A stretch of 32,000 bases of DNA. Origin: Corynebacterium amycolatum (GTDB lineage: Bacteria > Actinomycetota > Actinomycetes > Mycobacteriales > Mycobacteriaceae). The translations under genes were made by a program, and so were the position numbers. Each line of letters opens with the position of its first letter. Position 1 is the first letter of the stretch. The notes under the pieces were generated by a model. The model had not been told where the DNA came from, made no database searches, and was given only the letters and a program-made list of their open reading frames with translations. This document shows, in pieces, positions 26,308 to 32,000 of the stretch. The DNA lies in assembly GCF_049243625.1 (NCBI RefSeq), contig NZ_CP046975.1; one strand, given 5' to 3'.

Positions 26308-28143
26308 TTAGTCCTGCAGACTCTTCTCGATACGAGCCTTCAGAGCCTCGAACTCGTCCCAGACTTCCTGCGGAACGCGGTCGCCGAGGAACTTCAGCCA
26401 CTCCTCGTTGTCCGGCAGGTCACCCTGCCACTTAGCAGCCGGTGCCTTCAGGGCTTCCTTGACATCGGCGAAGTCGATGTCCAGGCCAGTCAGGTCCAGG
26501 TCCTCTGCCTTAGCGGTGTGACCAACAACGGTCTCCTTGGCGCCAACACGGCCCTCAATGCGGTCGATGATCCACTTGAGAACGCGAGAGTTGTCACCGA
26601 AGCCCGGCCACAGGAAGCGGCCGTCTTCGCCACGGCGGAACCAGTTAACCAGGAAGACCTCTGGCATCTTGTCGCCGCCCTTGGCGCCCATGTCGATCCA
26701 GTGCTGCAGGTAGTCACCGACGTTGTAGCCAATGAACGGCAGCATTGCCATCGGGTCGTGGCGCAGGGAGCCGACCTTAGCCTCAGCGGAAGCAGCGGTC
26801 TGGCCGGAAGCCAGGGTTGCACCGATGAAGGTTGCGTGGTTCCAGGACAGTGCCTGGGTCACCAGCGGCACAGTGTCCGGGCGGAGGCCACCGAACAGGA
26901 TGGCGTCGATCGGGACACCCTGCGGGTCGTCGTACTCCGGTGCGGCGACCGGGCACTGCGAAATCGGGGTGCAGTAACGGGAGTTCGGGTGCGAGGACAG
27001 CTCGTCGGAATCCGGAGTCCAGTCATTGCCCTTCCAGTCAATGAGGTGATCCGGCTTGCCTTCCATGCCTTCCCACCAGACGTCACCATCGTCGGTCAGT
27101 GCGACGTTGGTGAACAGGGTGTTACCGGCCTCCATGGTCTTCATGGCGTTCGGGTTGGAGGAGTAGTTGGTGCCCGGCGCAACACCGAAGAAGCCGTTCT
27201 CCGGGTTAACAGCGTACAGGCGACCGTCCTCACCAAACTTCAGCCATGCAATGTCGTCGCCGACGACCTCGGCCTTCCAGCCCTCGATGGTCGGAGTCAG
27301 CATAGCCAGGTTGGTCTTACCACATGCAGACGGGAATGCAGCGGCGATGTGGTAGGCCTTGCCCTCCGGATTGGTGAGCTTCAGGATGAGCATGTGCTCA
27401 GCCATCCAGCCCTCTTCCTTGGCCATGACCGAAGCGATACGCAGTGCGTAGCACTTCTTGGCCAGGATGGCGTTTCCGCCGTAGCCGGAACCGTAGGACC
27501 AAATCTCCTTGGTCTCCGGGAACTGGGTGATGTACTTCTCATCGTTGCACGGCCATGCAACGTCCTCCTGGCCCTCCTCCAGCGGAGCGCCAACGGAGTG
27601 CAGAGCGTGGACGAAGTCTCCGTCCGGGCCAATCTTGTCCAGGGCATCCTGACCCATGCGGGTCATGATTCGCATAGAGAGAACCACGTACTCCGAGTCG
27701 GTCAGCTGAACACCCAGCTTCGGCTCCGGGTCGGTGATCGGACCCATGCAGAACGGAACGACGAACATGGTGCGGCCCTTCATGGAACCGCGGTAGTGCT
27801 CGGTCATTTCCTTCTTCAGCTCGACCGGATCCGCCCAGTTGTTGGTCGGGCCAGCGTCCTCTTCCTTTTCAGAAGCGATGAACGTGCGGGACTCCACACG
27901 AGCAACGTCCTTCGGGTTAGAGCGGGCAAGGAAAGAGTTCGGGCGCTTTTCCTCATTCAGCTTGATAAGAGTTCCCTTATCAACCAGATCCTGGGTAAGG
28001 CGGTTCCACTCTTCTTCCGAGCCATCAGCAAAGACAACCTTGTCTGGCTGGGTCAGTTCTACGACCTCAGCAATCCAGCGCAGCAGTTCGGCGTTCTCGG
28101 TCGGGGCCTGGCCCTCGAGACCAGGAATAGAAGGTGCGGACAT
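26308..28143 (-). CDS. pckG: Phosphoenolpyruvate carboxykinase (GTP)
   Basis: 611 aa. GTP-PEPCK motifs [12 protein letters not shown] (P-loop), [11 protein letters not shown] and WMAEHMLI. Full-length collinear ORF. Confidence 0.96.
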   Translation of the reverse strand: MSAPSIPGLEGQAPTENAELLRWIAEVVELTQPDKVVFADGSEEEWNRLTQDLVDKGTLIKLNEEKRPNSFLARSNPKDVARVESRTFIASEKEEDAGPTNNWADPVELKKEMTEHYRGSMKGRTMFVVPFCMGPITDPEPKLGVQLTDSEYVVLSMRIMTRMGQDALDKIGPDGDFVHALHSVGAPLEEGQEDVAWPCNDEKYITQFPETKEIWSYGSGYGGNAILAKKCYALRIASVMAKEEGWMAEHMLILKLTNPEGKAYHIAAAFPSACGKTNLAMLTPTIEGWKAEVVGDDIAWLKFGEDGRLYAVNPENGFFGVAPGTNYSSNPNAMKTMEAGNTLFTNVALTDDGDVWWEGMEGKPDHLIDWKGNDWTPDSDELSSHPNSRYCTPISQCPVAAPEYDDPQGVPIDAILFGGLRPDTVPLVTQALSWNHATFIGATLASGQTAASAEAKVGSLRHDPMAMLPFIGYNVGDYLQHWIDMGAKGGDKMPEVFLVNWFRRGEDGRFLWPGFGDNSRVLKWIIDRIEGRVGAKETVVGHTAKAEDLDLTGLDIDFADVKEALKAPAAKWQGDLPDNEEWLKFLGDRVPQEVWDEFEALKARIEKSLQD

Positions 28144-28441
28144 CAGTTCTCCTGACTCATTGATTCGCGTCTTAATTTAAGGCTACCGGGGGATACCGAA
28201 AGTTGCCGGGCCCCACATCGACAATCTGCTCGTTCCCGCATTTGCAAGCCGTTACATCACAGCTTTACAACAATTAATTTTCCTCGCCCCATTCTTGCGA
28301 CCTGTTCATTTACGGCCATAACCAGTGAATAAGGCCAGCCTCACCACATAAATTGACAACCATTAACCCCTTGGGGGCAGTTACCCCCATTTGTAAGCAA
28401 CCGAGACACGGGTACCCCCGCGCGCAGTGGTTCCAAAGTCG

Positions 28442-28867
28442 TTAGTCCCAGCTGCCCCGAGCGGATTGCTCCCATGAGTACGCATCCCACTTCCCCGCGA
28501 CTGATGCCGGTTCCACCGCTGCTCCGCCCATCGCGTCAGCAGCCCTCACATCATCACTGCTCCAAGACTCCCAAGTGCCGTCAAAACGGACCGTCGTAAC
28601 GTGATCCACCGTGCCGTCACCGTCCAGATCTGAATAGATTGACAACCCGGAATCGTCGGCAAGCGTGATTGACCCCTCGTCGTCGCCGAGGTCGTAGAGC
28701 TGCCCATCGACCTCCACAACCAGCCCGGCGCCACCAACGTCCGCCGACTGCCCATCAATCGGTGTCGCCGCCTCCAAACCACACGGAGTAGCGAGCGAAC
28801 GCGCCTCCACCCCGCCATCGGACGCGGGTTGATCGGAAAAGTACTGCAGTAAAGAAAACTCATCCAT
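28442..28867 (-). CDS. Hypothetical acidic protein with a DxDxDG calcium-binding-like loop
   Basis: 141 aa. RBS GGGGGA 7 nt before ATG 28867. Very Asp/Gly-rich. DLDGDGTVD is encoded at 28604-28630. No signal peptide or TM segment seen. Confidence 0.6.
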   Translation of the reverse strand: MDEFSLLQYFSDQPASDGGVEARSLATPCGLEAATPIDGQSADVGGAGLVVEVDGQLYDLGDDEGSITLADDSGLSIYSDLDGDGTVDHVTTVRFDGTWESWSSDDVRAADAMGGAAVEPASVAGKWDAYSWEQSARGSWD

Positions 28868-28901
28868 CGTGATATCCCCCTATTTCTCTTCGCTGTCACA
28901 G

Positions 28902-29930
28902 CTATCGTGCAGGCGTTCCGGTGTACTCCGCCAGCTGCTCTATTCGCCATCCCGGACCCCGCGCACCAAGGGCCTCACGCACCGTCATCTCCACGGACTG
29001 TGTCCATCTTCGTCGCAGATGGGCAAGGTAATTTGCCCGCCACTGCGCGGTGCGTTGGCGTGCGTTACGACGAATCGTTGCGCCCACCGCCACCACCGCA
29101 ACACCGAGGCCTATTGCAAGTGCGACCAGCTGCGCCGCAAGCGTCGGCACCCCAATCCACATCAGCAATCCGTGGACGATCCGCACTGCACCGACCGCCA
29201 CGCCAAGCGATGCCACCGCCACCAGAGCGTCCATGGCATAACTGGGGCGAGCCGGGCTTGCTGGAGCGGGCACTGAGACTTCCACACGAAGGCCCAATTC
29301 GTCGCCACACCGCTGTTGCAGCCGCGTCGCTGCGACCTCGGCACGACCCTGAAGTTCCGCCTGATCACCTGCGGGGCCGTCAGCCACCTCCTGGAGTGCA
29401 TCCCGCACTGCACTCTCAGCTGCCAACTGCATCTTCCGCTGCAATCGCGCCGCCGCCCCGGCTCCGCGCGATCGCTCCTGTGCCAGCTGAGCTCGCACAT
29501 TTCGAGCCCGGCGCGCACTCAGTGTTTCCCCCGGGTTTCTGGGCGGGCCTTCTGCCAGCAGAACCAGGGTTCTGGCCATCCTCCCGTCCAGCGCTCCCAT
29601 CGGGATTGTGCTGTCGATTTCCTGACGCCAGGCCTCGGCATACTCACCATTGCCAATCAGGCCAACTGCAACACGGCCGGTGGCTTGGCTAATGGCTGCA
29701 ACCGTGCTGACGCACTCCCGCGTGGGCTGCACCTCGCTGTCTGCAATATAGAGCACCACGGCGCTGCGTTTATCCACAAACTCCAGGCGACGTGGCGGAG
29801 TCGCAGTATCAACAATCTGCGAGAAGTCCGCGCGGTCCGCTGCGTCCCCGGCTTTGGTGACAAGTAGCGGTGGCTGCTCCGGCCCCTCGGCTGAGACCGG
29901 GCGTGGCTCAACTACGTCCGGTGCTGCCAT
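28902..29930 (-). CDS. Hypothetical membrane protein (soluble N-terminal domain, Arg/Ala/Gln-rich helical segment, two TM helices, basic C-terminal tail)
   Basis: 342 aa. Strong RBS GGAGGAG 5 nt before ATG 29930. Hydrophobic hairpin ALVAVASLGVAVGAVRIVHGLLMWIGVPTLAAQLVALAIGLGVAVVAVGATI. I recognise no family. Confidence 0.65.
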   Translation of the reverse strand: MAAPDVVEPRPVSAEGPEQPPLLVTKAGDAADRADFSQIVDTATPPRRLEFVDKRSAVVLYIADSEVQPTRECVSTVAAISQATGRVAVGLIGNGEYAEAWRQEIDSTIPMGALDGRMARTLVLLAEGPPRNPGETLSARRARNVRAQLAQERSRGAGAAARLQRKMQLAAESAVRDALQEVADGPAGDQAELQGRAEVAATRLQQRCGDELGLRVEVSVPAPASPARPSYAMDALVAVASLGVAVGAVRIVHGLLMWIGVPTLAAQLVALAIGLGVAVVAVGATIRRNARQRTAQWRANYLAHLRRRWTQSVEMTVREALGARGPGWRIEQLAEYTGTPAR

Positions 29931-30454
29931 AACAGCTCCTCCAGGCTGTCTCTAGCAGCGGGAAAGGCCGCCGCAATCTCAGTCAACTGCACTGCGAGTA
30001 GCCCGTCATCATTGCGTGATCCGCCTTTCACACCGCGGCGTTCAGCAATCTTCCGCAACGCGGAGCTGAACAAAAAGGTGTGTTCAGCTGTCTCGTTTGT
30101 GGCGATGTCGCAATACTCGTCGGCAAGCGAATGGCGAATCGGTTGTTGCTCGATGACCAGCGCGACAGGGGCGGACAGCTTGTCGGCCAGCTCCTCGTGA
30201 CATTGCGAAAACGCCTCGCGCACAGCGGTTTCGCGCACGCCCCTGCGCAATCGCGCGCAGATTATCGATGGCCGTTTCTCGCGCTCAAGCGCCTTGGCGA
30301 CGCACACCTCCGCACCGCTCGTGTGTGTGGTGTCCGAGTGCGCGACCTGCCGTGCTGACAGCCAGTCCACCACAGCGGCGCGCAACGACGACGATGTAGA
30401 TCCTGTTGACGGCTGTGTTGTTTCCGTGACGTCACTTGCGGAAATAAGGTCCAT
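29912..30454 (-). CDS. Hypothetical protein (180 aa), first gene of the three-gene operon
   Basis: ATG 30454 with GGGAGGGG upstream. The 3' end overlaps the next gene by 19 nt. No recognisable motifs and no TM segment. Confidence 0.55.
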   Translation of the reverse strand: MDLISASDVTETTQPSTGSTSSSLRAAVVDWLSARQVAHSDTTHTSGAEVCVAKALEREKRPSIICARLRRGVRETAVREAFSQCHEELADKLSAPVALVIEQQPIRHSLADEYCDIATNETAEHTFLFSSALRKIAERRGVKGGSRNDDGLLAVQLTEIAAAFPAARDSLEELLWQHRT

Positions 30455-30759
30455 TCGGCCTAGTCCCCTCCCATAAATCCCCTGCGTGGTTTAGTTAAAA
30501 AACCTGCGTAACCCCCATACGGCCTGTGGGCCAGAATCCGCGCCCTGAAACACTGCGTTAGGCAGACCCCAAGCACCGCTTCAACCAACGAATAAGCGCG
30601 GCTTCGCGTTCAGCCTACAGCGGACCGCGGATTCGGCAAGTCGACAAAACAACTTGCCTCGCCGTGCCGCCAGTTCGGGACGACGCGGCATCGTCAACCG
30701 AAGTGAAACCGCCAGGACAACAACAAAAATCCTAGGGGCAATGATTGGATAGTTGGCCG

Positions 30760-31629
30760 ATGTCGTGGACAATAGGGAACGTGACTACTTCTGATTTTTC
30801 TGAAAATATCGAACAGCCTGCGGTTTCGCAGGAATCTGAACCATTGCCAACTCACGGAGACGAGCAGGCGGAACAGCCGCATGAGCGCCAGCCGAAGAAG
30901 GGCGAATTGCCTGCAGGTCGTCCGGAAAAGACCCAATTCGACGACGGTCTTGACTACCCGCGCATCGGCAATCTGTCCTTCCGCCGCGGCACTTTGACCC
31001 CCAACCAGGAAAGAATCTGGGAAGACAACTGGGACACTTACGGCAAGGTCCTCTCCGACGAAGTCATTGACGTGGAGGAATGGTTTGGCCGCAAGGGCCC
31101 GACCATCGTCGAGATTGGCTGCGGCACCGGCACGTCCACCGTGGCTATGGCTCCGCAAGAACCGGACCACAACATCATCGCAGTTGAGCTTTACCGCCCT
31201 GGCCTGGCGAAACTGCTCTCTGCCACCGTGCGCAATGAGGTGTCGAACATCCGCATGGTCCGCGGCGACGGCGTCGAGGTTTTGCAGCGCATGATCGAGC
31301 CGGAGTCGCTGGCCGGCGTGCGCCTGTTCTTCCCGGACCCGTGGCCGAAGGCACGCCATCACAAGCGCCGCATTGTGCAGTCCGGCACGTTGCGCCTGAT
31401 TTCTTCGCGTCTGAAGCCTGGCGGCATATTCCACGCCGCCACTGACCATGCGGACTACGCCGAGTGGATCGAAGAACTTCGCGATGTCGAGCCGACGCTG
31501 GAGCCCATCGCCTGGCCATGGCCGGAATCTCCCATGCTTCTCGACCGACCGACGACCAAGTTCGAAGCCCGCGGCCTGAACCTCGACCACGACATCCACG
31601 AGTTCATCTGGCGCAAGAAAGAGGCATAG
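30760..31629 (+). CDS. trmB: tRNA (guanine(46)-N7)-methyltransferase
   Basis: SAM-binding [10 protein letters not shown] and the TrmB hallmark [17 protein letters not shown]. The N-terminal ~60 aa is a low-complexity extension. ATG 30760 chosen; TTG 30745 is also possible. Confidence 0.9.
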   Translation: MSWTIGNVTTSDFSENIEQPAVSQESEPLPTHGDEQAEQPHERQPKKGELPAGRPEKTQFDDGLDYPRIGNLSFRRGTLTPNQERIWEDNWDTYGKVLSDEVIDVEEWFGRKGPTIVEIGCGTGTSTVAMAPQEPDHNIIAVELYRPGLAKLLSATVRNEVSNIRMVRGDGVEVLQRMIEPESLAGVRLFFPDPWPKARHHKRRIVQSGTLRLISSRLKPGGIFHAATDHADYAEWIEELRDVEPTLEPIAWPWPESPMLLDRPTTKFEARGLNLDHDIHEFIWRKKEA

Positions 31630-31634
31630 GAACC

Positions 31635-32000
31635 ATGAGCACCACACAGAACACCTCTGCCAGCTACAACACTGCTGAAACGCATCCCACCGCACTGCTT
31701 GTGTGGGATGCCCCGAACTTGGACATGGGGCTCGGCGCCATCCTGGGTTCCCGCCCGACCGCCGCGCACCGCCCGCGCTTCGACGCCGTGGGTAAATGGC
31801 TTATCGACGAAGCCGAACGCGTATCCAAGAAAATCGGTTCCGATGTCCTCCCCGAGGCCACGGTATTCACCAACGTTAACCCGGGCTCTGCGGAGATTGT
31901 CCGCCCCTGGGTCGAGGCGCTGCGCAATGTCGGTTTCGCGGTCTTCGCAAAGCCGAAGATTGAAGAGGACACCGACGTTGACCCGGACATGATTGCGCAC
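31635..32000 (+). CDS. NYN domain-containing protein (Rv0207c-like); N-terminal fragment, continues beyond the window
   Basis: My own translation from ATG 31635 (not in the ORF track because there is no stop in the window): MSTTQNTSASYNTAETHPTALLVWDAPNLDMGLGAILG..FAVFAKPKIEEDTDVDPDMIAH. Open to the window end, 5 nt after the trmB stop. The family call rests on recalled similarity and synteny. Confidence 0.65.
   Translation, partial: MSTTQNTSASYNTAETHPTALLVWDAPNLDMGLGAILGSRPTAAHRPRFDAVGKWLIDEAERVSKKIGSDVLPEATVFTNVNPGSAEIVRPWVEALRNVGFAVFAKPKIEEDTDVDPDMIAH

Noticed and set aside
26518-28155. 545-aa ORF on the + strand
   Set aside because: Antisense to the unmistakable GTP-PEPCK gene; a shadow ORF.
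30694-32000. 333-aa and 181-aa ORFs on the - strand
   Set aside because: Antisense to trmB and to the NYN-domain gene, both of which have recognisable motifs on the + strand.
1-32000. Search for mobile elements, prophage genes, toxin-antitoxin pairs, restriction-modification or known defence systems, and tRNA/rRNA genes
   Set aside because: No transposase, integrase, recombinase, nuclease/helicase/ATPase defence signatures, terminal inverted repeats or cloverleaf-like sequences were recognised in any frame. All large ORFs are accounted for by metabolic, transport or regulatory genes.

Overview
GC-rich actinobacterial chromosomal segment. Gene content, GTG/TTG starts, ATGA/GTGA-coupled gene junctions and the order pck(GTP) - unknown genes - trmB - NYN-domain gene (as I recall it around Rv0211-Rv0207c in M. 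tuberculosis) point to Corynebacterium or a close relative; this is inference, not a database hit. Left to right: (1) the 3' part of a peptide/nickel-type ABC importer (SBP fragment, two permeases, fused double ATPase; + strand). (2) A long hairpin between convergent operons. (3) A complete kdpFABC-kdpDE potassium pump locus (- strand), preceded by an unusual upstream region: a possible extra micropeptide ORF, a helically phased array of CYTRTCGATG 10-mers and a C/G-run tract. (4) A likely operon encoding a YeeE/YedE (TsuA-like) sulfur transporter fused to a TusA/YeeD domain, plus a CopL/YdhK-type tandem-DUF1541 lipoprotein with a His/Asp/Met-rich segment. (5) An orphan membrane protein. (6) A choline module: pcs-like CDP-alcohol phosphatidyltransferase with the phosphatidylcholine-synthase-specific motif spacing, betB, betT-like BCCT carrier, an AT-rich control region and divergent betA; no betI is present. 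(7) A nitrosative-stress cluster (nitronate monooxygenase, flavohemoprotein hmp, Rrf2/NsrR-like regulator). (8) GTP-dependent PEP carboxykinase. (9) A three-gene operon of uncharacterised proteins. (10) trmB and the start of a NYN-domain gene. I recognise no tRNA/rRNA, CRISPR array, transposase, integrase or known defence system. The best candidates for undescribed biology are the three-gene unknown operon (28442-30454), the pcs-bet linkage, the YeeE-TusA/CopL operon and the phased repeat array upstream of kdp. None can be proven from sequence alone.
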